Of a stretch of DNA of 64,000 bases, positions 20,901-32,007 are shown piece by piece. The position numbers and the translations under genes are program-made. Source of the DNA: Occultella glacieicola. Lineage in GTDB: Bacteria; Actinomycetota; Actinomycetes; Actinomycetales; Beutenbergiaceae. Numbering within the stretch: the stretch's first letter is position 1; each line of letters opens with the position of its first letter. Location of the stretch: contig NZ_SMNA01000003.1 of NCBI RefSeq assembly GCF_004353825.1, positions 310,001 to 374,000 of the forward strand, read 5' to 3'. The notes beneath the pieces were generated by a model. The model was not told the origin of the DNA, did no database searches, and was given only the letters and a program-made list of their open reading frames with translations.

Positions 20901-22393
20901 CCAGCGGCCAGGACCACCTGTCCCTTCTCGACGCGACCGTTCTCGCCGCGGTCGCACACCACGATCTGGCCGTCGAAAGTACCCTCCGGGAAGATCCCGG
21001 CCAGGCACAGCGGGTTGCCGTGGTCGCCCGCGTAGACGACGGGCGCCGGCCCGTAGCCGACGGTGAATCCGAGCCCGGAGATGTCGGGGTGGGGGACGCC
21101 GTCGGTGCGGTTCAGACCGGTCGCCGCGTTCACGTACCGGCGGTCGTGCGTGGAGTTCGCGACGCTGGTGAGCCAGGGCGCGTCGGCCGGCGAGCCCAGG
21201 GTCGCGGCGCCCGGGCCGTCGTTGCCCGCCGACGTCGCGACGAAGACGCCGGCCGCGCGGGCGTTCAGGAAGCCCAGGGTGTCGGGATCGGCCCACACGC
21301 TCGACGGCGTGTCCGAGCCGATCGAGTAGTTGATGACGTCGACGCCGTCGTCGATCGCCTGGTCGATCGCGGCCGTGATAGCGGCCGTCGAGCAGCCGGT
21401 GGTGCAGACGTCATAGGTGATCAGGTTCGCGTGCGGGGCAACGCCCTGGATGCGGCGGGTCTCGCTGATGCCGGAGGGGCCCTCCACGACCGCGTCCACC
21501 TGGTTGCCGGCGACCGTGCTGGCCGTGTGCGAGCCGTGGCCGTCGGTGTCGAACGGACCGTCACCCACGAAGTCCCAGGCGCCGATCAGCTTGTCGTTGC
21601 ACACGAACCGTGGGTCGTACTGCTCGGTGTTCGCGGGGTCGCACATCCCGACGAAACCCGGCCTCGGGTTCGTGTGGTCGTAGCCGTCTCCCCCGGCGGA
21701 CGCGGGCACCGAGTCCGCGAAGGACGGGTTCGACGGGTTCACACCGGTATCGAGGACGCCGGCGACGATGCCCTCGCCCCGAGTGCCGGCCACGCCGGTG
21801 GCGCTGCCGTCCCAGATCGACGGGGCACCGATCCACGCCGGGCCGTTGTCGGTCTGCAGCTGACGCTCGACATCGACGACGACCGACGTGACGCCGCTCA
21901 GCCGCGCGACCGCCGCCGCCTCGTCGGTGGTCAGCTCCAGCGCGATGCCGTTGAGGGCGTAGGTGTAGGAGAAGCTCACGTCGGGGGTCCGGCCGATCTC
22001 GGCCTCGATCGCCTGGGTGAGCTCGCCCTGCTCGTCGGCGAGGTAGGACCGGTAGTCCTGGACCGGCGCCGAGGACGGGTCCAGCCGCTCCCCCGCGTCC
22101 GGCCTGGTCGCCTGCAGTGCGTGGATGCCACCCTCGTACGCGGAGACGGTCGGCGCCTCGAGCTGGACGATGTACAGCTCGGCGGTCGCGGCCGTGCCGA
22201 GCCTGAGCACGGTGCCGCGGTCGCGCGCGAGCGATGTCGAGCCCGAGACGTCGGCGGACTCCAGGGAGGAGGTGTCGGCATCGGGCGGGTCGGTCCGCTC
22301 CGTGGGCACGTGCGCGCTCGCGGCCGGGGCGAACCCCAGGGCCAGAGCGGCAGTCGCAAGCAGGGCAACAAGGCGTGATCGTGTCTTGGACAC
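17903..22393 (-). CDS. Secreted multidomain S8 (subtilisin-like) serine peptidase
   Basis: Signal peptide (…APAASA), I9 prodomain, triad motifs LDTG / HGSHTAST / GTSMASPHVAG, PA insert (VVCDRG), then PPC-, DUF11- and Calx-beta-like C-terminal domains. Confidence 0.92.
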   Translation of the reverse strand: MSKTRSRLVALLATAALALGFAPAASAHVPTERTDPPDADTSSLESADVSGSTSLARDRGTVLRLGTAATAELYIVQLEAPTVSAYEGGIHALQATRPDAGERLDPSSAPVQDYRSYLADEQGELTQAIEAEIGRTPDVSFSYTYALNGIALELTTDEAAAVARLSGVTSVVVDVERQLQTDNGPAWIGAPSIWDGSATGVAGTRGEGIVAGVLDTGVNPSNPSFADSVPASAGGDGYDHTNPRPGFVGMCDPANTEQYDPRFVCNDKLIGAWDFVGDGPFDTDGHGSHTASTVAGNQVDAVVEGPSGISETRRIQGVAPHANLITYDVCTTGCSTAAITAAIDQAIDDGVDVINYSIGSDTPSSVWADPDTLGFLNARAAGVFVATSAGNDGPGAATLGSPADAPWLTSVANSTHDRRYVNAATGLNRTDGVPHPDISGLGFTVGYGPAPVVYAGDHGNPLCLAGIFPEGTFDGQIVVCDRGENGRVEKGQVVLAAGAGGMVLANDEASGSSLTGDAHVLPAVHITYADGVSLKTWLAEGDGHVGSIAGASLDIRPENGDVTSASSSRGPNRAIDLVSPSVTAPGTDILAAYGASTVEAEVAPTWNFVSGTSMASPHVAGAGALLSALEPTWTPAEIQSALMTTASTANVTKEDGTTPADPFDMGSGRVDLQAAANAGLLLDETIADYLAADPGLGGDPRSLNVASMADGQCLQTCSWTRTVTGSADGSLAWTAAAAAAEGMSLTVEPSTFTLAEGQTQEITVTADVSGAEAGTWLFGEVTLTPSTEGVPTAALPVAVLPSTGVLPDEVVIDTRRDAGSTLAEGLESIEISDLHAEVAGLTPSVATEYSVPQDPTNPDPYDNATGTVVLTFDVPEGAARFVTDVTASTATDIDLFVGQGTTPSAATEVCASTTAGAIERCDVGAPEAGTWWVVLQNWEASAPDATDTVTLGVAVVAGDAGNLSVEGPTSNPGGTPFDLRVFYDEPALEEGQRWFGAISLGSSPGSPGDIGILPVTLNRFADDVTKTADVEVASPGDTVTYTLTVEPNVTDTDLEYTLTDTIPAGLTYVEGSATGGATVTDGVLSWQGTLPTAVGAEGTYAVTSSGENPTCANPFDGGGYVDLASLGNFATNPGISGDTAAFTVSSTVAPFSFYGIAYDAISLTDDGFVIFDGASNYGGSPWAPQAVPDAALPNNLLAMLWQDMEIVYDQATNKGVTLVNLGGTGAGSLLVIEYDDVQLYGDPDSTYDVEIFALRGQDDTAGQYEFYVAYDNVTGSVAGPLTIGAENVPGTSGQALVNNASGAGVVANDTVVCFDYQGPTFDPVTITYQATVDDSGLGNGDVLTNEVTHVTDNPGAQPVTTGVGVTVEGVYEIPVVTIEGTRNAQEPRTDGQFTFTRTGDLSEPLTVRYRAEPTWRAIPGIDYVRLDGMVTFAAGAATATETVDVIDRWLPIIYRRTLTLTVLDRDAYDVGDPGSASIDIKTDWRWPWQHGVPKPV

Positions 22394-22440
22394 TGGAACC
22401 GTCCCCGAGTAGATGGACTCGCAACGCCGCGAGTGAGCCA

Positions 22441-22470
22441 TGTCTAGCCGTTCGGGAACCAGCACGTCAA
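22441..22470 (-). promoter_or_regulatory. Candidate sigma-A-type promoter of the S8 protease
   Basis: Minus strand reads TTGACG-N18-TAGACA about 50 nt upstream of the start. Confidence 0.4.
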
Positions 22471-22537
22471 GGGCCCCTCGGGGTGCGCTGGAGGCACGCC
22501 GGTCATCGTCACCGGCCGAGGTGATCGGCAGGTCGAT

Positions 22538-22577
22538 GGTCCGGTCGCCCCAGCCCGCGGGCGGGCGCGACCGGACC
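22538..22577 (-). terminator. Hairpin downstream of the GH1 gene
   Basis: Perfect 11-bp inverted repeat GGTCCGGTCGC / GCGACCGGACC with further internal pairing. Confidence 0.6.
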
Positions 22578-22583
22578 CCCGGC

Positions 22584-24032
22584 TCAGAGGGTGCGGGTGG
22601 CGATCAGATCGGCGTACCAGCGCGCGGAGTCCTTCGGGGTTCGGGCCTGGGTGTCGTAGTCCACCCGGACGATGCCGAACCGGCGGTCGTAGCCGAACGC
22701 CCACTCGAAGTTGTCGAACAGGGACCAGACGAAGTACCCACGCACATCGGCGCCCGCCTCGACCGCCCGGGCGACGGCGTCCAGGTGGCCGTGCAGGTAG
22801 GAGACGCGGTCGGCGTCGTGCACCACGCCGTCCGGACCCACCTCGTCGTCGAACGCGGCGCCGTTCTCGGTGATCATCAGCGGCGTGTCCGGATGCTCGT
22901 CGCGCAGCCGCAGCAGCAGTTCCAGGAGACCGTCCGGGTCGATGTTCCAGCCCATCGCGGTGAACGGGCCGGGCATCTCGAGGAACTCCACGGTGTCCGC
23001 GCCCACCCAGGGGCTCGCCCCCTCGCCGTGGCCGTCGGCCCGCTCCGGCTCCCCCTCGCCCGCGTGCCGGCGGGCCCGGGACGTCGAGTAGTAGTTCACG
23101 CCGAGGGAGTCGAGCGGGACCTTGATGAGCTCGCCGTCACCGGGCTGCACGAAGGACCAGTCGGTCAGGTGTGCGGTGTCCGCGAGCAGGTCGGCCGGAT
23201 AGGTGCCGTGGAACAGGGGATCCAGCCAGATCCGGTTGCCGACCGCGTCGAGCTGCCGGACGGCGTCGACGTCGGCGGGCGAGTCCGGGTCCACCGGACG
23301 CGTGACGTGCAGGTTCAGGGTGATCGAGATCGGGGTGCCGGAGCCGAGCTCGTCCCGGATCGCGCGGGCGGCCAGCCCGTGGGCCAGGTTCAGGTGGTGC
23401 GCCGCCTGCAGGGCCGCCACCGGTTCGGTCCGACCGGGGGCGTGCACGCCCGCGGCGTAGCCGAGGAAGGCCGCACACCACGGCTCGTTCAAGGTGGTCC
23501 ACAGACTCACCCGGTCACCGAGCTCGGCGGCGACGATCCGGGCGTAGTCGGCGAATGCGTAGGCGGTGGCCCGGTTCGTCCAGCCCCCGGCCTCCTCCAG
23601 CTCGGCCGGAAGGTCCCAGTGGTACAGCGTGACCACGGGCGCGATGCCGGCGGCGATCAGCTCGTCGACGAGCCGGGAGTAGAACGCCAGGCCCTCGGGG
23701 TTCGCCGGGCCGGACCCGCCGGGCTGCACCCGAGGCCAGGAGATCGAGAACCGATACGCGCCGAGCCCGAGGGACCTCATCAGGGCGACGTCCTCGCCGA
23801 CCCGGTGGTAGTGGTCGATCGCGACGTCGCCGGTGTCGCCGTTCAGGGTCTTGCCGGGAGTGTGCGAGAACGTGTCCCAGATCGAGGGCCCGCGGCCACC
23901 CTCGGTGGCGGCGCCCTCCACCTGGTACGCAGCGGTGGCCGAGCCCCAGAGGAAGGCGGGGTCGAAGCGGCGCCCCTGGGTCGCCGTCGCGGCCGTGTCG
24001 GTGGTCACTGCGTTGGTCTCAAGACTGGTCAC
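22584..24032 (-). CDS. GH1 beta-glucosidase
   Basis: [33 protein letters not shown] and [13 protein letters not shown]. Confidence 0.95.
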   Translation of the reverse strand: MTSLETNAVTTDTAATATQGRRFDPAFLWGSATAAYQVEGAATEGGRGPSIWDTFSHTPGKTLNGDTGDVAIDHYHRVGEDVALMRSLGLGAYRFSISWPRVQPGGSGPANPEGLAFYSRLVDELIAAGIAPVVTLYHWDLPAELEEAGGWTNRATAYAFADYARIVAAELGDRVSLWTTLNEPWCAAFLGYAAGVHAPGRTEPVAALQAAHHLNLAHGLAARAIRDELGSGTPISITLNLHVTRPVDPDSPADVDAVRQLDAVGNRIWLDPLFHGTYPADLLADTAHLTDWSFVQPGDGELIKVPLDSLGVNYYSTSRARRHAGEGEPERADGHGEGASPWVGADTVEFLEMPGPFTAMGWNIDPDGLLELLLRLRDEHPDTPLMITENGAAFDDEVGPDGVVHDADRVSYLHGHLDAVARAVEAGADVRGYFVWSLFDNFEWAFGYDRRFGIVRVDYDTQARTPKDSARWYADLIATRTL

Positions 24033-26343
24033 GAGCTGCTCCGTCGGTGTCGAGCCCCGCCCACGCCGGCGGGACGTCCAGTGAGAGGGTATCCCCGCTC
24101 GCGCGGTGCTCGGCGCCGCCGACCAGGACCGACCAGGGGCGGTCCGTCCCGGCGGCGCGCACGTCGAGGCGGTGACCGGCGCGGGTCACCGTGAACGTCG
24201 CCGCGGTGCCCGAGGCGTCCGCCGTCGGAATGCTCACGGTGGCGACCTCGCCGTCGGCGAACTCGAACACCGCCAGCCGCACCCCGTCGGCGTAGTCGTA
24301 GTCCGGGCGGTCGGTGCGCGACCCGAGCGGCAGCACGGTGCCGGGCCGCACGAGCACCGGCAGGGTGTCGAAGCCGTGCCGCTGGCGCACCCACCGCGGG
24401 CCGGTCAGCCGCTCGTCGGTGAGCAGGTTCGTCCAGGTGCCCTCCGGCACGTAGAACTCCACCTCGCCGTCGACGTCGAAGACCGGGGCCACCAGCAACG
24501 AGTCGCCGAGCAGGTACTGGGTGTCCGCCGCGGCCGCGCTGCGGTCACGGGGGAACTCCAGGACCATCGGCCGCATCACCGGCACCCCCTCGTCGGTGGC
24601 GATCTGGCCGGCCCGGGCCAGGTAGGGCATCAGCTCGTGCTTCAGGTGGATGAACCGGCGGGCCACGTCCACCGCCTCGTCGTCGAACGCCCACGGCACC
24701 CGGTAGGAGGACGACCCGTGCAGGCGGCTGTGCGAGGACAGCATCCCGAACGCGAGCCACCGCTTGAACACGGCCGCCTCCGGCATCCCCTCGAAGCCGC
24801 CGATGTCATGGCTCCAGAACCCGAAACCGGACATCGCCAGGGACAGCCCCCCGCGCAGCGACTCCGCCATCGAGGCGAACGTGGACTCGCAGTCCCCACC
24901 CCAGTGCACCGGGAACTGCTGCCCGCCCGCGGTCGCGGACCGGGCGAACAGCACCGCCTCTCCGGTCCCCCGCTCCTTCTGGAGCAGTTCGAAGACGCAC
25001 GCGTTGTACAGGTGCGTGTAGTAGTTGTGCATCCGCTCCGGGTCGGAACCGTCGTGCCAGACGACCTCGGTGGGGATCCGCTCGCCGAAGTCCGTCTTGA
25101 ACGCGTCCACGCCCTGGCGCAGCAGCACTCTGAGCTTGTCCTGGTACCAGGTCCACGCGCCGGGGTTGGTGAAGTCCACGAGTGCCATCCCGGCCTGCCA
25201 CATGTCCCACTGCCACACGTCCCCCGTGGGCGTCGTGACCAGGTAGCCGAGCTCGGCGGCCTCCGCGAACAGGTGCGAGCGCTGGGCGATGTAGGGGTTG
25301 ATCCACACCGACACCTTGAGGTCGCGCTCGTGGAGCCGCCTCAGCATGCCCTCCGGGTCGCCGAACGTGGCCGGGTCCCACACGAAGTCGCACCAGTGGA
25401 ACTGGCGCATCCAGAAGCAGTCGAAGTGGAACACCGACAGCGGCAGGTCCCGCTGCGCCATGCCGTCGATGAAGGAGGTGACCGTCTCCTCGTCGTAGTC
25501 GGTGGTGAACGAGGTGGACAGCCACAGCCCGTAGGACCAGGTGGGCACCCGCGCCGGGCGGCCGGTCAGGGCCGTGTACCGGCGCAGCACCTCCTTCGGG
25601 TCGGACCCGCCGATGACGTAGTACTGCAGCACCTGACCCGGCACCGAGAACTGGGTGCGGGAGACCACCTCGGTGCCGACCTCGAAGGAGACCCGCTCCG
25701 GGTGGTCCACGAACACCCCGTAGCCGCGGTCGGAGACGTAGAAGGGGACGTTCTTGTACGCCTGGTCCGACGCGGTGCCGCCGTCCTCGTTCCAGATGTC
25801 GATCGACTGACCGTTCTTGACCAGCGGCCCGAACCGCTCACCGAGTCCGTACAGGTGCTCGGCGACGCCGATGTCCAGTTGCTCGCGGACGTAGTGGGAG
25901 CCGTCGTCGGTGGAGATGATCCCGACGCCGCGGTCCTGGGAGCCGGTCAGGACCCGGCCGCCGGCGTCCGTGAACTCCAGCCGCCAGGGCCCCTCGGTCG
26001 CGACGGTCGCGGTGAGGTCGCCCGCGGTGAACGTGGCCGGCTCGCCGCCCGCCTCGGGCCGGTCGATCCGCACGACCGGGGGCGCGGACTCCAGCTCGAA
26101 CGCCGGACGCCGCTCCCGGCCGCCCCGGAAGTGCTCGATCCGCACCCCGATCACCCCGTCCAGGGGTGAGTCGAGCGTGATCGTCACCATCGGCCGGTTC
26201 AGCGTGTCCCCGCGGCGGGTGAGCGGCGCGGTGGCCGCGTACACGGTCAGCGAGTCACCGCCGTCCTCGACCGACTCCACGTGCCGGGGGCGCAGGATCT
26301 CCACGCCCGGCAGCACGTTCCAGTAGCCGTCGGTGAACTTCAT
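24019..26343 (-). CDS. yicI: GH31 alpha-xylosidase
   Basis: MKFTDGYW start, [41 protein letters not shown] and WSHDIGGF. Confidence 0.93.
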   Translation of the reverse strand: MKFTDGYWNVLPGVEILRPRHVESVEDGGDSLTVYAATAPLTRRGDTLNRPMVTITLDSPLDGVIGVRIEHFRGGRERRPAFELESAPPVVRIDRPEAGGEPATFTAGDLTATVATEGPWRLEFTDAGGRVLTGSQDRGVGIISTDDGSHYVREQLDIGVAEHLYGLGERFGPLVKNGQSIDIWNEDGGTASDQAYKNVPFYVSDRGYGVFVDHPERVSFEVGTEVVSRTQFSVPGQVLQYYVIGGSDPKEVLRRYTALTGRPARVPTWSYGLWLSTSFTTDYDEETVTSFIDGMAQRDLPLSVFHFDCFWMRQFHWCDFVWDPATFGDPEGMLRRLHERDLKVSVWINPYIAQRSHLFAEAAELGYLVTTPTGDVWQWDMWQAGMALVDFTNPGAWTWYQDKLRVLLRQGVDAFKTDFGERIPTEVVWHDGSDPERMHNYYTHLYNACVFELLQKERGTGEAVLFARSATAGGQQFPVHWGGDCESTFASMAESLRGGLSLAMSGFGFWSHDIGGFEGMPEAAVFKRWLAFGMLSSHSRLHGSSSYRVPWAFDDEAVDVARRFIHLKHELMPYLARAGQIATDEGVPVMRPMVLEFPRDRSAAAADTQYLLGDSLLVAPVFDVDGEVEFYVPEGTWTNLLTDERLTGPRWVRQRHGFDTLPVLVRPGTVLPLGSRTDRPDYDYADGVRLAVFEFADGEVATVSIPTADASGTAATFTVTRAGHRLDVRAAGTDRPWSVLVGGAEHRASGDTLSLDVPPAWAGLDTDGAARDQS

Positions 26344-28346
26344 GGTTGCCTCTCGATCAGGACGACGCTGCCGTCGGCCGGGACGGGTGCGGTGTGCGGG
26401 TGGTCGGTGCCGGTCAGGACGTCCCGGCAGGCCCGCGTCAGCGGTACCGCGACGGGCGTGCGGGTGTGGTTCAGCAGGAACGTGTGGTCGCCACGGACGG
26501 CGACCTCCACTCCGGGTGGTGGCTGCGCCACCTGGCCCGACGGCGTCACACCGGCCTGCTCGAGGCAGGTCGCCACCCAGGCCTCGAGCAGGTCGTCGCC
26601 GCCGACGGCGGCGAGGTAGAGCAGCCGGCCGTCCGGCGAACGCACGGCTGCGGGCGCGCCGTCCAGGTCCGCACCGGCGAACCTGCCGAGGACGACGGCG
26701 GAGCTCGCCTCGAGCCGTTCCGCCCAGGTGTGCACGGGGTAGCGGTGACCGTCCAGATCGAGGTGCGCGCCGCCGTCGGGCAGCGGGCACCACTCCTGGC
26801 CGCCGGCGCCCAGCAGGTCCGTGAACGGCGCCGGGAACTCCCCGGTGCGGATCGCGGTGTTCGCGTCGGCGACGGCGCTGAACGGCCCGAGTGCGAGGGT
26901 GCCGCCGGCCGCGGTGAAGGCGCGCAGGTTCGCCACCGCGGCGTCGGTGACCAGGTGCAGCTGGGGAGCGAGGACCAGGTCGTAGCCGGTCAGGTCCGCC
27001 TCCGGGTGGACCAGGTCGACGGCCAGCCCGCGCCGCCACAGCGGCCGGTACCAGGACAGCACCTGCGGCAGCACCCGCAGCCGCGCGCTCGGTCCGCCCG
27101 GCTCCTCCGCGGCCCACCAGCTGGACCAGTCGAACGCGATCGCGACCCGGGCCCGGATCTCCGACCCCGCGACGGGGGCGAGGGCGGCCAGGTCCGTGCC
27201 GAGCTCACGGACGCTGCGGTGCAGGCGGGTGCGCACACCGGCGTGCGGCAGCATCGCGGAGTGGAACCGCTCGGCGCCGGCGCGCGACGCCCGCCACTGG
27301 AACGAGAGCACCCCGTCGGAGCCGTGCGCGATCGCGCGCAGGGCGTCGGCGCGCATCCGCCCCGGCGTCTTCGGCGGGTTGTGCTCGCGCCAGTTCACGG
27401 CGCCGACGGCCTGCTCCATGAGCAGCCAGGGGCCGCCTGCGAGGGACCGCATCAGGTCGTGGGTGAGCGCGGCCAGGACCGGGGCGTCGGGGTCGACCGG
27501 GTCGGGGTAGGAGTCGTCGGAGATGACGTCGAGCGCACCCGCCCAGGACCAGTAGTCCACGTGCGGGAAGAAGCCCATGAAGTTGGTCGTCACCGGAACG
27601 GCCGGGGCGGCCGCGCGGATCACGTCCCGCTGCGCCGTGTACAGCTCCAGGAGGGTGTCGGAGCAGAACCGGCGGTAGTCCAGCCGCTGGGTCGGGTTGA
27701 TCAGGTACGGCGCCGCCCGGGGCGGCACGATCTCCTCCCAGCGCGAGTAGGCCTGGGACCAGAAGGTCGTGGCCCAGGCGGCGTTCAGGCCGGCGACGTC
27801 GCCGTACCGGGCCCGCAGCCAGGCCCGGAACCCGGCCGCACACGCGTCGCAGTGGCAGACTTGACCGAACTCGTTGCCGACGTGCCACATGACGACGGCC
27901 GGGTGGTCGGCGTACCGGGCCACGACGTCCGAGGCGATCGCGAGCGCGTGGGCACGGTAGGTCGGCGAGCTCGGGCAGAAGTGGTTGCGGGAACCCTGGC
28001 TCAGGCGCACGCCGTCCGCGGTGACCGGCAGGGTATCGGGATGGTCGTGGGCCAGCCATGGTGGTGGGCTCGCGGTCGGGGTGGCCAGGTCCACGGCGAT
28101 GCCGGCCCCGGCCAGCAGGTCCAGGACCCGGTCCAGCCAGGCGAAGTCCCGCTCCCCCGGGCGAGGCTCGATCCGGCTCCACGCGAACACGCCGACGGTC
28201 ACCAGGTTCACGCCGGCCGCGACCATCAGGTCGACGTCCTCGGCCCAGACCTCGGCGGTCCACTGCTCCGGGTTGTAGTCGCCGCCGTAGAGCAGCCCCC
28301 GGGTAGCGGTGAGGTCCCGTAGCCCCGGGCCCGTGCTGCCGGTCAT
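26340..28346 (-). CDS. GH42 beta-galactosidase
   Basis: YGGDYNPEQW, WHVGNEF, CHCDAC, TTNFM, LMEQ and FQWRASRAGAERFH. GGGAGG RBS. Confidence 0.93.
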   Translation of the reverse strand: MTGSTGPGLRDLTATRGLLYGGDYNPEQWTAEVWAEDVDLMVAAGVNLVTVGVFAWSRIEPRPGERDFAWLDRVLDLLAGAGIAVDLATPTASPPPWLAHDHPDTLPVTADGVRLSQGSRNHFCPSSPTYRAHALAIASDVVARYADHPAVVMWHVGNEFGQVCHCDACAAGFRAWLRARYGDVAGLNAAWATTFWSQAYSRWEEIVPPRAAPYLINPTQRLDYRRFCSDTLLELYTAQRDVIRAAAPAVPVTTNFMGFFPHVDYWSWAGALDVISDDSYPDPVDPDAPVLAALTHDLMRSLAGGPWLLMEQAVGAVNWREHNPPKTPGRMRADALRAIAHGSDGVLSFQWRASRAGAERFHSAMLPHAGVRTRLHRSVRELGTDLAALAPVAGSEIRARVAIAFDWSSWWAAEEPGGPSARLRVLPQVLSWYRPLWRRGLAVDLVHPEADLTGYDLVLAPQLHLVTDAAVANLRAFTAAGGTLALGPFSAVADANTAIRTGEFPAPFTDLLGAGGQEWCPLPDGGAHLDLDGHRYPVHTWAERLEASSAVVLGRFAGADLDGAPAAVRSPDGRLLYLAAVGGDDLLEAWVATCLEQAGVTPSGQVAQPPPGVEVAVRGDHTFLLNHTRTPVAVPLTRACRDVLTGTDHPHTAPVPADGSVVLIERQP

Positions 28347-28388
28347 CGACCGCCTCCCTGCTGTCCGCGCTGACTGATCGACCGGATT

Positions 28389-28404
28389 GTCGAAGCGGTT
28401 CAAC
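28389..28404. promoter_or_regulatory. LacI-type operator GTCGAAGCGGTTCAAC between the divergent GH42 and GH95 genes
   Basis: CG-centred palindrome next to candidate -10 boxes TAGGGT (minus, 28405-28410) and TAAAGT (plus, 28430-28435). The motif recurs at 36.7-36.9 kb. Confidence 0.7.
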
Positions 28405-28480
28405 ACCCTAGCGAGGGCCTGGTCGTGTGTAAAGTGGCGTGCGCGAGGCTCTGGCAAGTCCCGCTGATCGGAGTGGATCC

Positions 28481-30961
28481 ATGACAACGACCGCGCTTCT
28501 CCCGTTCTTCGAGGCCCCCGAGGACGACCCCGCTACGCTGCTCTGGTACCACGGTGGAGCGTCGAGCTTCGTCGAATCGCTTCCGGTCGGCAACGGACAC
28601 GCCGCCGCCATGGTCGCCGGCCGTCCCGGCGGCGAGGTCCTGCAGCTGAACGAGGGGTCGGCGTGGTCCGGCCCGAGCGCCGTGGCCGACCCCGAGCTCG
28701 AGCCGGCCGAGGGCCCGGGGCTGCTCGCCCGGATCCGGGAGCACCTGGCCGACGGCGACGTGCGGGCGGCCGAGGCCCTGCAGAGGGCGTTCCAGGGCGG
28801 GCACTCGCAGGCCTACCTGCCGTTCGCGCAGGTGCGGGTCGCCGTCCGGCCGACGGCCACCGATTCCTCGGATGCCCCCGCCCCCGCCCGTTGGCTGGAC
28901 CTGCGCACGGCCTCGGCGGGACACCGCTACCTCGCGGGCGGCATCCGGGTGGCGCACCACACCTACGCCTCGCACCCGGCCGGTCTGATCGTGCACGAGG
29001 TCCACGCCGAGTCCGGTGTGGATCTGGACGTCCGGTTGGACCCCGACCAGGTCCGTGAGCTCACCCGCGATGCGCGGGCCGAGATCGTCGGCACCGCGCG
29101 TCTGCTCCTCGAGCTCCTGCTGCCGGCCGACGTCCCGGCCATCCGGGAGCACGCCGACCCGCCGGCCAGGTACACCGGCGACTCACGCACCGGCCTCGTC
29201 CACGTCGCCATCGAGACCGACGGTGAGGTGACCACCGACGACGCCGGTGCCCACGTGCGCGGCGCCCGGATGACACGCCTGCTGATCGGGACCGGGACCG
29301 TGCTCCCCGAGCCGCGGACGGGGCCGCACCGGCACGCGAACACCGCCAGCACTCTCGAGGCCCTGCACGACCTGCTCGCCGACCGGATCGAGGCGGCCCA
29401 CGCCGTCGCGCCGGAGCAGCTGTACGCCGAGCACGTCGCGGACCACCGCGAGCTCTTCGACCGGGTCCGGCTCGACCTCGGCCCGATCACAGCGGAGCCG
29501 ACGGACGAGCGGATCCGGGCCGCGAACGCCCCGGGCGCCGACCGGGACCCGGCCGGCCTCACCGGGCTGATCGCGCTCGCGTTCCACTACGGCCGCTACC
29601 TGCTGATCGCGTCGTCCCGGCCGGGCGGGTACCCGGCCAACCTGCAGGGCATCTGGAACGGCGAACTGCCCGCGCCCTGGAGCTCGAACTACACGATCAA
29701 CATCAACACCGAGATGAACTACTGGCCGGCGCTGACCACGAACCTGGCGTCCTGCCAGGCGCCGCTGCTGGACCTGGTGGACACCCTGGCGGGGACCGGG
29801 CGCGCCGCGGCCGAGCTCTACGGCGCCCGCGGCTGGCTGGCGCACCACAACACCGATCCCTGGGGCTATCCGTACGCAGCCGGGGCGGGCGCCGGGGACC
29901 CGGCCTGGTCGGCCTGGCCGATGGGCGGCATCTGGCTGTGCCGGTCGGTGTGGGACCACCTGGAGTTCACCGGTGACCTGGCCCGGGCCCGCCGGTCCTG
30001 GCCGGCGATCGAGGGAGCCTGCCGGTTCGCCCTGGACTGGATCGTGCGGACCGGTCCGGGACCCGCCCGGACGTCCCCGTCGACGTCGCCGGAGAACCGG
30101 TTCGTCGCCGCCGACGGCGCGCCCGCCGCACTGTCGGTCTCCACGACCATGGACGTGGCGCTGCTGCGCGACCTGGCCGCCCGGGCGGCCGCGATCGCAT
30201 CCCGGATCGGCGCGGACGCACCGTGGCTCGCCGACCTGACCGACGCCGTCGCCGCGCTGCCGGACCCGAGGGTCGGCGAGCGCGGCGAACTGCTCGAGTG
30301 GTCCGCACCGCTGGCCGAGTACGAACCCGAACACCGGCACACCTCGCACCTGGTCGGCCTGTTCCCGCTCGGGCTGTGGACCTGTGACGGCACGCCCGAC
30401 CTCGCCGCCGCGGCGGCCCGGACCCTGGACCTGCGGGGCCAGGAGTCCACCGGCTGGGCGCTCGGGTGGCGGCTGTCGCTGTGGGCCCGGCTGCGCCGCG
30501 GGGACCGGCTCGACGAGGTGCTCGCCCTCGCCCTGCGGGCGGCCGACGACGGCGCCGGTCAGCGCGGCGGGGTCTACCCGAACCTGTTCAGTGCCCACCC
30601 GCCGTTCCAGATCGACGGGAATTTCGGGATCGTCGCGGGGATCGCCGAGGCGCTCCTGCAGTCCCACGAGGGCGTGATCGATCTGCTCCCGGCCCTGCCG
30701 CCGGCCTGGCCGGCCGGCTCCGTGCGTGGCCTGCTCGCCCGCGGCGGCGTCGTGGTCGACCTGAGCTGGGACGACGGCGGACACCTCACCGAGGCGAGCC
30801 TGCGCGTCGCGGCCACCGGTGCCGGGGAGAATGGCACGGGCGAGCCGACCGAGCACCTGGTCCGGTGGCCGGGCGGCACCGAGCGGGTCCGGATCGGCGC
30901 CGGGGCGGCTGCCGTCGTGCGGCCGCTCGCTCACCAGCGAACAGGAGCCGGCAGATGGTGA
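28481..30961 (+). CDS. GH95 alpha-L-fucosidase family protein
   Basis: [57 protein letters not shown] and [11 protein letters not shown]. Confidence 0.92.
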   Translation: MTTTALLPFFEAPEDDPATLLWYHGGASSFVESLPVGNGHAAAMVAGRPGGEVLQLNEGSAWSGPSAVADPELEPAEGPGLLARIREHLADGDVRAAEALQRAFQGGHSQAYLPFAQVRVAVRPTATDSSDAPAPARWLDLRTASAGHRYLAGGIRVAHHTYASHPAGLIVHEVHAESGVDLDVRLDPDQVRELTRDARAEIVGTARLLLELLLPADVPAIREHADPPARYTGDSRTGLVHVAIETDGEVTTDDAGAHVRGARMTRLLIGTGTVLPEPRTGPHRHANTASTLEALHDLLADRIEAAHAVAPEQLYAEHVADHRELFDRVRLDLGPITAEPTDERIRAANAPGADRDPAGLTGLIALAFHYGRYLLIASSRPGGYPANLQGIWNGELPAPWSSNYTININTEMNYWPALTTNLASCQAPLLDLVDTLAGTGRAAAELYGARGWLAHHNTDPWGYPYAAGAGAGDPAWSAWPMGGIWLCRSVWDHLEFTGDLARARRSWPAIEGACRFALDWIVRTGPGPARTSPSTSPENRFVAADGAPAALSVSTTMDVALLRDLAARAAAIASRIGADAPWLADLTDAVAALPDPRVGERGELLEWSAPLAEYEPEHRHTSHLVGLFPLGLWTCDGTPDLAAAAARTLDLRGQESTGWALGWRLSLWARLRRGDRLDEVLALALRAADDGAGQRGGVYPNLFSAHPPFQIDGNFGIVAGIAEALLQSHEGVIDLLPALPPAWPAGSVRGLLARGGVVVDLSWDDGGHLTEASLRVAATGAGENGTGEPTEHLVRWPGGTERVRIGAGAAAVVRPLAHQRTGAGRW

Positions 30962-31956
30962 CGATCAACGACGTGGCCCGCCGGGCCGGGGTCTCGGTCT
31001 CCACCGTGTCCTACACCCTCAGCGGGAAGCGGACGATCTCGGCGAGCACCCGGGCGCGGGTCGAGAAGGCGATCGCCGAGCTCGGCTACCACCCGCACGC
31101 CGGTGCCCGGGCGCTGGCCTCGGCCCGGACGAACATCCTCGCCCTGATGGCGCCGCTGCGCCCCGACGTCGACGTCAGCGTCATCATGCAGTTCGTGACC
31201 GGCGTGGTCACGCGGGCGCGGACGGCGGACTACGACGTGCTCCTGCTCACCCAGGACGAGGACAACGGTGTGGGGCGGGTGGGCTCCGGCTCGCTCGTGG
31301 ACGCGCTGATCCTGATGGACGTCGAGTCCGACGACCCGCGGATCCCGCAGGTCGCCGCGCTCCGGCAGCCCACCGTGCTGATCGGCCTGCCGGAGGACGC
31401 CCGCGGGGTGAGTTGCGTCGACTTCGACTTCGAGGCGGCGGCACGGCTCTCGCTGCGGCACCTGACCAGGCTCGGTCACCGCGACGTCGCGCTGATCGGG
31501 CCGCCGCCGGCAGTGATCGCACGGCACACCTCCTACGCGGACCGGCTGCTGCGCGGCTACCGTGCCCAGGCCACGCACGACGGCGTCGCGTGCGTCATCG
31601 AGCCGACCGGTACGTCGCGCGCGGAAGCGATCGCGGCCCTGGACGCCGTGCTGGACCAGGTCCCGGGCCTCACCGGACTGGTCGTGCACAACGAGGCCGC
31701 ACTCCCGGTGATCCTCGGTGGTCTGCGCCGTCGCGGCCTGAAGGTCCCCGAGGACGTCTCCGTGGTGGCGCTCGCCCCGGCGGACGTGGCCGATGCCCAG
31801 CCGGTCCCGATCACGGCCATGGACATCCCGGCGCTGAACATCGGGCAGGTCGCCGTGGACATGGTGCTGGCCAGGCTCGCCGGCTCCGACACCGTGGAGA
31901 CCCGCCTGATCGCTCCCACCCTGCACGAGCGGGCGAGCACCGCACCGCCGCGCTGA
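30955..31956 (+). CDS. LacI-family transcriptional regulator
   Basis: [26 protein letters not shown] plus a sugar-binding domain. AGGAG RBS. Confidence 0.93.
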   Translation: MVTINDVARRAGVSVSTVSYTLSGKRTISASTRARVEKAIAELGYHPHAGARALASARTNILALMAPLRPDVDVSVIMQFVTGVVTRARTADYDVLLLTQDEDNGVGRVGSGSLVDALILMDVESDDPRIPQVAALRQPTVLIGLPEDARGVSCVDFDFEAAARLSLRHLTRLGHRDVALIGPPPAVIARHTSYADRLLRGYRAQATHDGVACVIEPTGTSRAEAIAALDAVLDQVPGLTGLVVHNEAALPVILGGLRRRGLKVPEDVSVVALAPADVADAQPVPITAMDIPALNIGQVAVDMVLARLAGSDTVETRLIAPTLHERASTAPPR

Positions 31957-32007
31957 CCCGGGACCTCCGGCCCAGGCCTGGGCCGAGCCGCGGCGGGAGG
32001 ATGGCGT

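Noticed and set aside
24019..27117. 1032-aa extended alpha-xylosidase, and similarly extended LacI (30466), GH3 (36528) and AtpI-like (56283) ORFs
   Set aside because: The extensions overlap neighbouring genes. Family N-termini and RBSs mark shorter starts.
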